Shown: positions 1 through 12,094 of the stretch, piece by piece
Layout: each line of letters starts with the position of its first letter
Position numbering within the stretch: position 1 is the stretch's first letter
Program-made: the position numbers and the translations under genes
Notes under the pieces: generated by a model
The model's input: only the letters and a program-made list of their open reading frames with translations
What the model was told of the DNA's origin: nothing
Databases searched by the model: none
Assembly (NCBI GenBank): GCA_964016885.1
Contig: OZ024743.1
Span: 244,838,001 to 244,902,000, forward strand
Direction: 5' to 3'
Length of the DNA: 64,000 nt
Origin: Eledone cirrhosa
Taxonomy: Eukaryota

Positions 1-2311
1 CACGCATCTGGGACAGATCTTTTTGGCGGGGTCCCTACCCGGGCGCCCGTGTCTGTAGAGCCTTTCTCGAACGGGTAAAGCTCCTCGGTAGCACTGCTAG
101 GCCAGGGACTTCTGGAAGTTGTCCATAGGTCCCAGGCTGAATGTCCTACCGAACAGGCTGGCCAGTTCGTCCTCCTCCATGTCTAGGGCTTCTCCGAGGG
201 CGTCGTCGCACCTGCTGCGTACCAGCCCTCTATAGAATGTTGCGGTGGAGTCTCCACTGATAACCGGATCCGCCTGCCAGAGGGCGGTGAGCGCCTGGGC
301 ACACTCAGTGTGCCAGGCGCCCAGTTTTCTCGGTCTTTGCTTGACCCAGGATTGCAGCTCGGTGAGTGAGACGAGTCTGGGAAAGGTTCGTCTCACAAAC
401 GAGGCCCACACCGGTTGTCCGGTGAGGAATACGTAGAGGTGCCGTAGCCTTAATGCGTGTTTACGCATCATTAGCCACGGCATCCCCAGCCCTCCTTTCG
501 AAGGGTGTTGACAGCAGATGGATCTCCTCACCATAGGAGCCCGCCTCTTCCAAAGGAATTGGAAGAGCGCTCGCTCCATCTTGGTGAGGGTTTCCCTTGG
601 GCAGGGCACTACGGTCAGGCGGTAGTAGATGACGGACGCTATGTAGGTGTTCGCCACCTCCGCCCGACCTTTCAGGGATAGTTTGCAACTGGCCCACTTC
701 TGGGTCAGTGCAAACACCCTGTTCGTAACCTCCGCCCAGTTTTTCTCCACCTGGAGGTCCGGTCCGAACCAGACCCCGAGCAACTTCACCGGGCCCTCCG
801 TCCAGCGTCCGACGACGCCATCGGAGGGCATCGGTCTGCCCCTCCACGTGCCGAGTTGCAAACCGATCGACTTGTCCCGGTTCAGCTTAGCCCCTGTGAA
901 CTTTTCGTACTCCTCCAGTAAGGTGCCGACCGCCTCGATTTCGGAGGCCGTCGACACCATTACTGTCACGTCATCGGCGTAGGCCGACACCGCTTTCCGC
1001 AATCCCGGTTCCAAAGGGATGCCCTGCAACAACTCCAACTTCCGCAGTAGTGGCTCGAGAGTCAACACATACAGAAGGGAGGAGAGAGGGCACCCTTGTC
1101 GGATGGACCGCGCGATTTTGAACGGCTCCGAGAGGTAGCCGTTCACCTTGACCCTAGAGCAGATGCGGCTGCTGTGCATAGCAGTGATCCAGCCCCTGAA
1201 AACGGGTCCGAAGCCTGCCGCCGCTAGCACCGCATCCAGGTAACCATGGTCGACCCTATCGAACGCCTTAGATTGATCCAAGTTGATCAGAGCCCCACCA
1301 AAGCCGGGTTCGTTCCCAACCCTCTCTATGATGTATCGCATGAGGTGGAGGTTGTCATGGATGGACCTGGATGGGATAGCGCATGTCTGCGCATCTCCCA
1401 CCAGGTTGCCCACGACAAGCGCCAACCTCTTTGCTAGCACCTTGGCCAAAATCTGTAACTCTGTATTTAGCAGAGTTATGGGCCTGAAGTTACTTATTTC
1501 GTCCCCCTTGTTCTCGTCCTTCCTCACTAGCGTGACTACGCCCTTGGTCACAGTACAGGGAATTCTCCCGTTATGTCGCCAGTTGCAGTAGACCGCCTCG
1601 AGGAGATCGGGGAACAAGTCCGGCATAGCTAGATATAATTCGTAAGGAAGACCATCGAGACCCGGGGATTTGCGTTTGCCGCATTGGCTCAGCACGTCCT
1701 CTATCTCAGCGGCCGAAATCGGCTCCTCGCAGGACTTCGCCTCCCTGTCCGAGAGGCGCGGCAGGCCGTCGAGGTATGGACCGAAGTCCACATTCCCAAC
1801 CGGCTCCCCGCCCCTCCCGAACAGTCGGGCAAAGTGCCTTTGAAAGGCCTCACACATCTGCTTAGGCTCAAGAATCGCCCGTCCATCCAGGTCTCGCAAA
1901 GACCGGATGGTGGATTTAGTTCCACTGTTGGCCTCTGTCACGCGGGCCCAGCCAACAGCTTTGGTCCCCTCGTTCCCTAGAGCACGTATTTTACTTCGGA
2001 CAACGCAGCCTTCGTGCTTCGCGTCGAAAAACTGACTCAAAGCCGTTCTCGACGCTAGCACTCTGGCCACGTCGCCGCTTCTAATTGCCTCTTCTACTCT
2101 ATCTATTAGCTCCCTTTCCTTCCTATTCCTATCCGCAGCTAGAACCTTACTAAATTCTATCGAGACTACTCTAATCTCTCTCTTTAGAGATACCCACCAC
2201 CTGCTGTTGACGATCGCTCCCGTCAACCGTTCCTTAACTAACGTACTAATCCGATTCCTGTAGGCTCTACTTGCCGGCAAGGACAAGTTGAGCTTCCAGT
2301 AACCGGGGCCC
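1..2311 (-). mobile_element. Tx1/L1-clade non-LTR retrotransposon, 5'-truncated ORF2 (end of APE linker, reverse transcriptase, start of zf-RVT); continues beyond the left window edge
   Basis: ORF 97..2286 has KSPGLDGLPYE, NFRPITLLN, LDQSKAFDRV, RQGCPLS, SAYADD, KLLGV and GGLG. In frame upstream is GPGYWKLN (to ~2311). The stop at 97-99 is a likely TGG>TAG change, because the frame continues QCYRGALPVRERL...CPRC. Confidence 0.93.
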
Positions 2312-2312
2312 T

Positions 2313-2579
2313 GGTAGATAGATAGGTAGGTAGGTAGGTTGGTAGGTAGGTAGGTAGGTTGGTAGGTAGGTAGGTAGGTAGGTAGGTAGGTAGGTAGGTA
2401 GGTAGATAGGTAGGTAGGTAGGTAGGTAGGTAGATAGGTAGGTAGGTAGGTAGGTAGGTAGGTAGGTAGGTAGGTAGGTAGGTAGGTAGGTAGATAGATA
2501 GATAGATAGGTAGGTAGGTAGGTAGGTAGATAGATAGATAGATAGGTAGGTAGGTAGGTAGGTAGGTAGGTAGATAGAT
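2313..2579. repeat. (TAGG)n/(TAGA)n tetranucleotide microsatellite abutting the 5'-truncated end of the Tx1-like LINE
   Basis: Direct reading. Confidence 0.97.
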
Positions 2580-2843
2580 GGGGTGAGAAGGGGATAGAGA
2601 GGGGTTAAAATTACCATCATTATGGTATCCAGCGTAGTCATAATGCCTCTAATTTTAGGGTAGACAATGTTTAGTCGATTAAATCGACCCCAACGACACC
2701 GATTAAATCACAACCGGAAAAATGAAAAGCTAAGTTGAGAGTTTGGCAAGATTTGAATTCAGAATACACAAGGTCTTAACTAAATACTGTAAGCTATTTT
2801 TCTCAATCGCAAAACAGGATGCTATCAACATCAGTACTGAAAA

Positions 2844-2980
2844 GCTTTCCTAATGATTTCTTCTGAATGAAACAGTTTTAGTCAAGTAGAAGCCATTTCT
2901 ATATTAAACATTATGTTTGCACTCTACTAATGTATTGAGTACCTTACTTACTGTGGTTACCCCCGATTGAACCTGGGACT
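2844..2980 (+). mobile_element. Penelope pLTR-like short element with a degenerate hammerhead (CTAATGA core); same family as 32305-32487
   Basis: ctaatga-tttcttctgaat-GAAACAG...GTA-gaagcc followed by the shared tail gtattgagta...ctgtggttaccccgattgaacc. Confidence 0.6.
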
Positions 2981-2981
2981 C

Positions 2982-3071
<90 letters not shown>

Positions 3072-3075
3072 CACA

Positions 3076-3121
<46 letters not shown>

Positions 3122-3732
3122 CATATACATATATATATATATATATGTTACACACACATGAATACATTTGTATAGTGTTACAGAATTTTTAAATCAATCC
3201 TCGGTCACGCTTACGTACTCGGTACTAAGAGAAGAATGAGCCACCTATGCTATAAAGCTGACGGCCGTATGTAAGTAACAAACTTATATACAATGAGAAG
3301 TGGAGCGACGTGAAAAGCGTTGTTTATTAACAGCGAAATAGCAATGTCGATGATATGCAAGTTTGAAAATGCAGATTATGAAGGTTTGTATGATAGTTTA
3401 CACTTTGATTGCCCTGGTCAGCAAGAGGGGCCTCTATATATTAGACGTTTATTAGAAGAGGGGGAAATAACTAACCCCAGTATTAGAACAGGGGGTTCGC
3501 AATGTAAGGGTTTTATTTCTTTTGTTAGAAAACTGACCTTTTTCGGTTTGGCATTCCGTAAAATTCTACTGCAGAATCGATTTCATAAAACGGTGCTGTA
3601 TGATCGTTATAGAAGTATTTAAATTTAATATAGAGCAACTGTAATTGAAAAATGAAAATGAAACGTACTGTAGAAGGCAACAGTTTATTAACAGCGAAAT
3701 AACGTTGTCTTTGATATGTTATTTTAAATAAG

Positions 3733-3965
3733 ACAATGAATATTTAAAAAAAAACTGAATTAATTAACTCGACAACCAAAGGGCTTATAGATCCCATTCC
3801 TTAAGTTTACAATGAATATTTAAAAAAAAAACTGAATTAATTAACTCAGCAACCAAACGGCTTATAGATCCCATTCATTAAGTTTACAATGAATATTAAA
3901 AAAAAAACTGAATGAATTAACTCGGCAACCCAAAGGCTTATAGATCCCATTCATTAAGTTTACAT
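3733..3965. repeat. Three tandem copies of a ~76-bp unit
   Basis: caatgaatattt(a)nctgaattaattaactc...ggcttatagatcccattc.ttaagtttac repeated at ~3733, ~3809 and ~3886. Confidence 0.85.
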
Positions 3966-4274
3966 GCATGTATTCTTTAAACTTTCATTTGACTTTGAAA
4001 AATACTACTTACTGTTAGTGGTGGTTAACATGTATTAGAATTAAAATAAAAATGACAATGCCAAACCGAAAAAGGTCACTGTTTTCTAACAAAAGAAATA
4101 AAACCCAATAAAAACCAACCTGACTGCTATTTCTAGCAGGTTGGGAATCAACCATAGGGGATTCTCTCTGCGAGTTCGTTGTCAGTGATGATCGTGTTTC
4201 GCAGCCTCTCTCCGATTCCAACGGTGGATTACACACACACACACGCACACGTACACACACGCACACTCACACAG

Positions 4275-4368
<94 letters not shown>

Positions 4369-4476
4369 GCACACACACATATACATATACACACACACAC
4401 ATATATATATACATACACACACGAACACTCTCACACACACACATAAATATATACACAAACACACACAAACATACAC

Positions 4477-4529
<53 letters not shown>

Positions 4530-4797
4530 AAGACAATGCATTCAATACAGACGTTTTCTCTTCTGCCGGTCTTCTCTTATCATTTGTTAACCTTGGCGAA
4601 GCTGAGTACCTCAGCTAGTAATATATATAGTTCTTACGTATGAAACACCTGCTCGGGATGTCCATTTGCATATAGTGCATGATTTAATTCTTTAAAATTT
4701 AAAGAGTTACAGACAGGGATATATATATATATATATAATTGGTTGAAACGTACGTAAGAACCGAATAAATCTCTTTTACTGCATCTTTCTGTTCTTT

Positions 4798-4891
<94 letters not shown>

Positions 4892-5198
4892 TACTACTAC
4901 TACTACTACTACAACATAGCTTTACTTAAGGCAGGCCATAAAGAGAGACTCAAATACATACCAAATACAGAAAATAACAACACACTTAATAGAAATAACA
5001 CTATCCACACCTATAGAAGCAACAAATCTAGGACTAAACATAGAAATTGGCAACAAGCACGAGAATTAATTGAACAGAATACTAATATAAAGACCACTAG
5101 TAACTATAGAAGATGCAGAGATAGAAAGTACTTATGGTTCAATCCAGTATTTAACTCCTCTATAAAAACAAAACTACCCTACACTTTCTTCAAATTAG

Positions 5199-5915
5199 TT
5201 GACAAACACTTCCCTAAAATTCATAAATATCATAAAATCTTTAATAGAAAAACTATCATACTCCACTGCCAACAACATAGAATCGCACATACATAAAATT
5301 AACTATAAGAGAATTTATAATACGCAAATAAGTACCATAACACCAAATACAAAACACAAGCATATAAGATCATCACAACCAAACACACGTCAAAACACAT
5401 CACCACAATACATCAACAAACCCAATTCTCAGCCCATACATAACAACTTACAAAACCATATCGAAGAACCGGCACATAGGAAGGCATCTAAATGTAACTG
5501 CCATCTACTTGACAAATGCCCATTACAAAATAGATGCCTGGAGTCAAATATAGTATACCTATGTACTATAAATTCAGGCAGCTTAGCATGGCACTACATA
5601 GGTTCCACAGCGGAAGAGTTTAAGAAAAGGTGGTATGTCCATAGACACTCTATAAATAACAGGAAGCTCATAAATACAACAACACTCGCCAATAAAATCT
5701 GGCAACTCAGAGATGCAAACATGGAATATAAAATCAGCTGGACGAAGCTATCACAGCAATAGGCTATAGAATTGGCATGTCCCACTGTGGTCTTTGTGAT
5801 ATGGAGCTTTTCCAAATTTTAAATTACAACAAAATGCTACTTAACAGTAAAATTGAAAGAACTATTTTCTGTAGGCATAAAACGGCGACCAAATTCGAGA
5901 ACTTGATTCATCTAA
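5199..5915 (+). pseudogene. GIY-YIG endonuclease C-terminal region of a Penelope-like element (Nematis-like Cys motifs), disrupted
   Basis: ORFs 5199..5762 and 5777.. together give the IVY/YIG motif, conserved R and H, CxxC and terminal CRH. Confidence 0.85.
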
Positions 5916-6662
5916 TCTATTCCATAACTCAAATTGTACCACTTAAATCTATTATAATATCCCATTATCATCATTATTATAATTGCCATCATCTATCAAT
6001 GAACCAACATCATAACCTCTTATATTTTACATTCATATTTTATATATCTCTATCTTTCACTTTCTATCTTTCTATTTCTCTCCCTAAATTTATTTCATCT
6101 CTGGCATTTTATCTTATTTTATCTTATCATATCATTTTCACTTCTAATATAACTTACAACTAATTAATCAAATAATTAATTATATAATGAATTTATTAAA
6201 ATAACCAATACACGCATAAATATATTTTACATTATCATGTTTATACCTTCGTATCTTTCTATATTTTAACCACTCTCAATAACCACTCTCAATAATCTTA
6301 ATATGTTTAAATTTCTTCGCAGATTTTTACTTATTTATTTTCATATTTTGTATTATTCTATATCACTCTCGATGTACCTTGTTTATTTATTTATTTACAT
6401 TTATTCATGTATTAACATTTATTCATTTATTGTTGATGTCATTATTTTCCCTCTATTTTTCTTTTTCTTTACCTTTATTTCTCCTTTATCCTTTTCTCTC
6501 CTCTTTCTCTCCTCCTTTCTCTGTTTTTTTTCTCTCTATATATATTTCTCTGTTTTCCTTTCCCCTTTTTCTTCTTTTTTTTCCCTCTTTCTTTCTTTCT
6601 TTCTTTTATCTATCTCTCTTTCTTTTTTTCTCTCTCTATCTTTATTAATATTATTATTAATA

Positions 6663-6854
6663 AGGGCGGGTGATTGGCAGTATCGGTAGAGGGTCGGACG
6701 CCATGCTTTCCAGCATAGTTACGTCCCTTTACGATCTGAGTTCAAATCCCGCCGAGGTTGACTTTGCCTTTCATCCATACGGGGTCGATAAAATAAAGTA
6801 CCAGTAATGCACTGGGTAATTGCTGGTCTTGTGCCTAAAGTAGAAACAATTATT
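6663..6854 (+). mobile_element. tRNA-derived SINE, family A
   Basis: A-box-like tggcagtatcgg, B-box gagttcaaatcc, core tttgcctttcatcc.tacggggtcgataaaataaagtaccag; at least 12 copies in the window. Confidence 0.9.
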
Positions 6855-6912
6855 AATATTGTTAATGATGCTGTAATTTGAATTTGCAAATTTACCGGAT
6901 ATTTTTCTAGTT

Positions 6913-7018
6913 GTCTCTGATGATCTGATTAAGCTAACATCGTATTTGAAATTGAGTGACACTGCTTCTAGTGTTCAGCAATTTTTAGACAACTTAATCA
7001 GTGAAACAATTGTTAGAC
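6913..7018 (+). ncRNA. Type I hammerhead ribozyme with a long stem II
   Basis: Stem I gtct/agac; CTGATGA (6917); stem II t-ctgattaag...cttaatcag-t; GAAAC-AATT-GTT with palindromic stem III aacaattgtt. Confidence 0.82.
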
Positions 7019-7072
7019 TGTAAATAAATCCCTTTCTTTTGTACTGTTGACCATGTTATTCTACACTTTTTC

Positions 7073-7119
<47 letters not shown>

Positions 7120-7121
<2 letters not shown>

Positions 7122-7336
7122 AACAAGTATGACCCCGACGGCAGAGCTCAAGCCGTTTCGACGGCTAATTCTGGACTCCAGAATTAGCCGTCGAAATTCT
7201 GAGTCCAGAATTAGCCGTCGAAACGGCTTGAGCTCTGCCGTCGGGGTCATACTTGTTCCTTACCCACTCTACTACCCTAAGTATTGAGTACTTTGGTGCG
7301 TTATGGTCCATCTGGTTCCTAACCACATTTCCTTCG

Positions 7337-7340
<4 letters not shown>
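7120..7340 (+). mobile_element. Fold-back Penelope pLTR-like fragment (family C) carrying the 3' half of a hammerhead
   Basis: Long inverted repeat 7120-7260 containing gacggctaattct/agaattagccgtc-GAAACGGC...GCCGTC-gggg; related copies at 10695, 22830 and 44612. Confidence 0.75.
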
Positions 7341-7427
<87 letters not shown>

Positions 7428-7463
7428 AAGATTTCGCTTCAAGCATCGCTTTATACAATATGT

Positions 7464-7640
7464 ATAGTAATTTCGTATTTCTAAAGAAATACGGTTTTAG
7501 GAAGCCGTAGTCAAGCCTAAAATACATAGACGGTTGTCCCCCTTGCTTCTGCTGGACACCACCAGGGGGTGTTAGTCCCGGTTTTTGCATAGCTACGGCT
7601 TCCTAAAACCGTATTCCTTTAAAAATACGAAATTTCTATA
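7464..7640. repeat. Inverted repeat with ~47-bp arms in a (TA)n context
   Basis: atttcgtatttctaaagaaatacggttttaggaagccgtag versus ctacggcttcctaaaaccgtattcctttaaaaatacgaaat. Confidence 0.8.
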
Positions 7641-7911
7641 TATATATATATCGGTTTGTTGTTTTTTTTTTTTTCGCTGTTTACTGTTTTTTCCTTTCCT
7701 CCCTCCTCCGTTTTCCCAATAACATATCCAGTTATTGACGCCCTGGGGCGTCTTTAAAGCGTAGAAATATCCTAGACCCCAGTAGACAACCGATGAGGAA
7801 AATCCCCCCCCCCTCCCCGTTCTTGCTTTCTTCGTATTCCCACTGCATTTTAAGTTACCTTAATACCAACTACACCGCCATTTCTATTCTCCATATATTT
7901 CATCATCTTTA

Positions 7912-7954
<43 letters not shown>

Positions 7955-8315
7955 GAATATTTATATATATATATACAAATACACATGGCGTATTATCGTT
8001 GATGATGATATTGCTATATATCCCACTCCCCTTTCCCTATTCTTTCACCATCCCCTTCCCTTCCATTTATTATTTCATAGATTTATTTGTGTGTGTGTCA
8101 GTGCTAGTGTGTGTAGGTATGCTCGTGTGTGTACATAAATAGTTAGAGACAGGGATATGTATAAATATTCAAACATGACGTATTATCATGGTTCACCCCC
8201 CCCCCCCCCCCCACACACACACGCACGCGCACACACAAACACACACACACATACACATACATACTCTCTCTCTCTCGCACACACACACACACTCTCTCTC
8301 TCACACACACACACA

Positions 8316-8424
<109 letters not shown>

Positions 8425-8864
8425 TCGACGGCCTTCTGCAGTTTCCATCTCCAAAACATTATTTGGTCAACCCGAGGCTATAGCAGACCCTTGTCCAATG
8501 TGCCACGTACTAGGTCCAAACCTGAAGTCACGTAATTCCGCAACGAACTCCTTAACCACAAACCCAAGTTCTGTGGCTGGATAGTAAACTGTGTATATTT
8601 TCACTTTGATTCACTATGAATAAGTTCAATGTATGCCCCAACATGTTTTATTATCTGTCACCCTATTTAATGTCATTTATTCAAGCTTGGTCTCTAGGCT
8701 CCTGATAATTTCCTTCTTCCCACCAACCTCAGTGGCTCTGAAAAGGTCATTAGACGCTATCCCTTCTCTTAATCATGAAAATGGTTGGAACAGGGCCGCC
8801 GCTACCTTTAAGGTCAACTAGGCCGTTGTCTGTGACGTAGACCTTAGAGAAGCGCATTATTGAA

Positions 8865-9043
8865 GCTTTGCAGCATAGAGTTATGGCTCTTTGTGTTCTG
8901 AGTTCAAATCCCACGGAGTTTAGCTTTGCCTTTCCTCCTTACGGGGTCGATAAAATAAAGTACCAATAATACACTAGGGTTGATTTAATCGACTTTCCCC
9001 TCCCCTCAAATTGTTGGCCTTGTACCTAAATCCGAAATCATTA
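8865..9043 (+). mobile_element. SINE family A (5'-truncated)
   Basis: B-box and core match the 6663 copy. Confidence 0.85.
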
Positions 9044-9332
9044 TTGAAGCTTAAAAGATTACTGTATTATAAAAATATGTATAAATATATTAAATCATCG
9101 GCACATATAGGAAGGCTTACACGATGTGTTTATTATACATACACATATCGTATATGCTTTCATATACATCCTTATGCTGTCCCAGAGGCTCTGATAAGTG
9201 TCGTAGGAGCTGCTCTTCCTTTCCTCAAAATGGTTGGAGGTTTATAATAAAATACAATCCCACATATAGAGAGCGGAGTAAGTCAACAGTAAATGTATAT
9301 CTGAGTTTAAGTCTTCAGTTGTTGTATTGAGA

Positions 9333-9635
9333 ATGTGGTTACGGTCGCTGAGTGAAGAAGCGTGGAATAGGCCGAGAGGCCGAGTGTTCGATTTTCAGCG
9401 ACGCGTTGCGTTTTGGGGCAGAACACTTTATTTCATATTACCCAGGTCACACACCTGGGAAAAATGAGTTGTACTTGTAATTCAATGAGTCAGCCTTGTT
9501 ATACACTATGTCACGCTAAATCTCCGCGAGAATTGCATTAAGGTTACAGATGTCAGTGGAGTGCTCAGCTACTTGCATGTTGATTACTCGAGGAGGTTGA
9601 CTGGAACACTCGTCATCGGAACCAACGGAGGCTCA
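9333..9635 (+). mobile_element. Diverged tRNA-derived SINE, family B
   Basis: gttcgat B-box-like, acactttatttca, aaaatgagtt and a tail shared with copies near 25720, 35610 and 37045. Confidence 0.6.
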
Positions 9636-9706
9636 ACACACGGTCTCTTGTTATTGTGGTTTACACAACGTAAACCTCCATTTTATTCTCATTATGTTGT
9701 GTTTAT

Positions 9707-9918
9707 TAGGGCGGTGGATTGGCAGTATCGGACGCCATGCTTTGCAGCATAGAGTTACGGCCTTTTATGATCTGAGTTCAAATCCCGCCGAGGTTAACTT
9801 TGCCTTTCATCCTTACGGGGTTCGATAAAATAAAGTACCAGTCACGCACTGGGGTCGATTTAATCAACCCCCCCCCCCCCTACAATTACTGGCCTTGTGC
9901 CTATATAAGAAACCATTA
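9707..9918 (+). mobile_element. SINE family A
   Basis: Near-identical to the 6663 copy. Confidence 0.9.
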
Positions 9919-10109
9919 TATTGTGTTTATTCAGTACAATTACCGCAATATTTGATGCAAATATTGGTTGAAGCAGACGTTTATATATGTAAGGATTGTT
10001 AGAAAACAACAGGGAGTAATGGCAGGATAGAGATATATAGATAGGTAGGTGGTTAGACTGATAAGAAAGATAAATAGATATGTAGGTGGATAAGGATACA
10101 CACACACAC

Positions 10110-10172
<63 letters not shown>

Positions 10173-10180
10173 TACATAGA

Positions 10181-10372
10181 TTAATTGTTTCTACTTTTGG
10201 CACAAGGCCAGCAATTATCCCAGTACATTACTGGTACTTTATTTTATCGACCCCGTAAGGATGAAAGGCAAAGTAAACCTCGGCGGGATTTGAACTCAGA
10301 TCGTAAAGGGACGTAACTATGCTGGAAAGCATGGCGTCCGACCTTCTACCGATACTGCCAATCCACCGCCCT
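10181..10372 (-). mobile_element. SINE family A
   Basis: Reverse complement of the family consensus. Confidence 0.9.
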
Positions 10373-10491
10373 ATAGGTACATAGATTAATACCAGCTGGA
10401 AGGAGTGTTTGAGGACTCTGCATCCACGACCCTCTCAGGAATAAGTGGGCGAAGAAATATATATATATTTTACACATATATATATATACAA

Positions 10492-10526
<35 letters not shown>

Positions 10527-10542
10527 CACATACATGTGTGTG

Positions 10543-10606
<64 letters not shown>

Positions 10607-10607
10607 A

Positions 10608-10650
<43 letters not shown>

Positions 10651-10656
10651 CATACA

Positions 10657-10694
<38 letters not shown>

Positions 10695-10695
<1 letters not shown>

Positions 10696-10885
10696 GAACA
10701 AGTAAGGCCCCGACAGCTGAGCTCAAGCCGTTTCGACGGCTAATTCTATACAGAATTAGCCGTCGAAACGGCTTGAGCTCAGCCGTCGGGGTCTTACTTG
10801 TTCCTATTACCCACTCTACTACCCTAAGTATTGAGTACTTTGGTGCGTTATGGCCCACTTGGTTCCTTATCACATTTCCTTTGTT
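10695..10885 (+). mobile_element. Fold-back pLTR-like fragment, family C
   Basis: ~110-bp near-perfect palindrome centred on taattctatacagaatta, followed by the same tail as the 7120 copy. Confidence 0.75.
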
Positions 10886-11001
10886 ATATATATGTAGCAC
10901 AAACAATGGTGTTGTACAGAGGCTGGTTTCTGGCGTGTGTTCAGTCGGCTTTTCAGTGGCTGTCTGTCTTTTCTTTCTGGCGTTCCTAACCGGCGTTGTT
11001 C

Positions 11002-11342
11002 TATCAAGGAGCGTGAGGCGTCTTACTACAGTACCTCGAGCCAGATTTTCAAATTATCGAAAATCGATGTCATTACTCACATGTGGAGTAAGATGGCGAA
11101 CAATGCAACAAGGGGGAGCTATCCGCTCTAGCAAAAATTGAATCCAGAATATGAAATATGAATATCCAGGATTTGAAAAATGTTAAAAAAAAAAAACGAC
11201 ATGCATGCATAACAAAACAAGGCAAAGAAAAAGCAGAAAAACAGAGGCAAAAAAAAGGTGCAGCTAACATAGTCTAAATATAGACGGTGCTGCAAAATTT
11301 TTTGGGCCAGTGGACCCTACGACCTGAACGCCTCACGCTCCT

Positions 11343-11347
<5 letters not shown>
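11002..11347. mobile_element. Putative MITE with ~20-bp terminal inverted repeats
   Basis: tatcaaggagcgtgaggcgt ... acgcctcacgctccttgata. Confidence 0.6.
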
Positions 11348-11428
<81 letters not shown>

Positions 11429-12057
11429 TTAGATAGATAGGCAGAGAGGCTGACACATAGATAGATCGCGCATAGGAAGATAGAAAGATAGATAGATTCA
11501 TGGATAAATGAATATATAGATAAGGAGAGGGGTTAAACCTGATACAGAGAGAAAGAGAAAGTGAAGAGATGTGGGGATTAACAAAAGCTCAGTATTGATA
11601 AACTGTGCAGCAGATAGGAAAGAATAGTTTCCCTACATTGTTGTTTCGTAGTTTGATCGTCTGCATACGGGAAAACCATTCTTCTTCCTTTACAATCATC
11701 ACCTCCTTCCCTTCACAATGTCTTCCGCTTCTTTATCGATCGTCTTACCGAATATCCTCTTATTATCACCTTCATCATCTCACTATTACTCTTTCTCTTT
11801 CTCTCTCTCTCACTCACACACACAATTCGTCTGGAACGTTTGTTATCGTATTCAGGTCGATAAATGCTTTTATGCGTTTTCTCTTAATGCATATGTCTAT
11901 GTATGTGAGGCAGTATATATGTATGTATGTAAATATGTGTGTATGTATGCATGCATGTACACATGTATGTATGTATGATTGCATGTATGCATGCATGTAT
12001 GTATATATGTATGCATGTATGTATGTATATATGTATGCATGTACGTATATATGTACG

Positions 12058-12091
<34 letters not shown>

Positions 12092-12094
12092 TGT

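Larger units (their letters stand above)
4890..7076 (+). mobile_element. 5'-truncated Penelope-like element (GIY-YIG endonuclease remnant, AT-rich 3' region, terminal hammerhead), flanked by (TA)n
   Basis: Frameshifted peptide WFNPVF...DKHFP...KIFNR / LSYS...CNC-x4-KCPL-x3-C...IVY...HYIGST...FKKRWYVH...LANKIW...CGLC...LLN...CRH (about 5135-5900); HHR at 6913-7018. Confidence 0.85.

Noticed and set aside
6663-6760. tRNA genes suggested by A/B boxes
   Set aside because: No cloverleaf; these are SINE heads followed by a shared core and tail.
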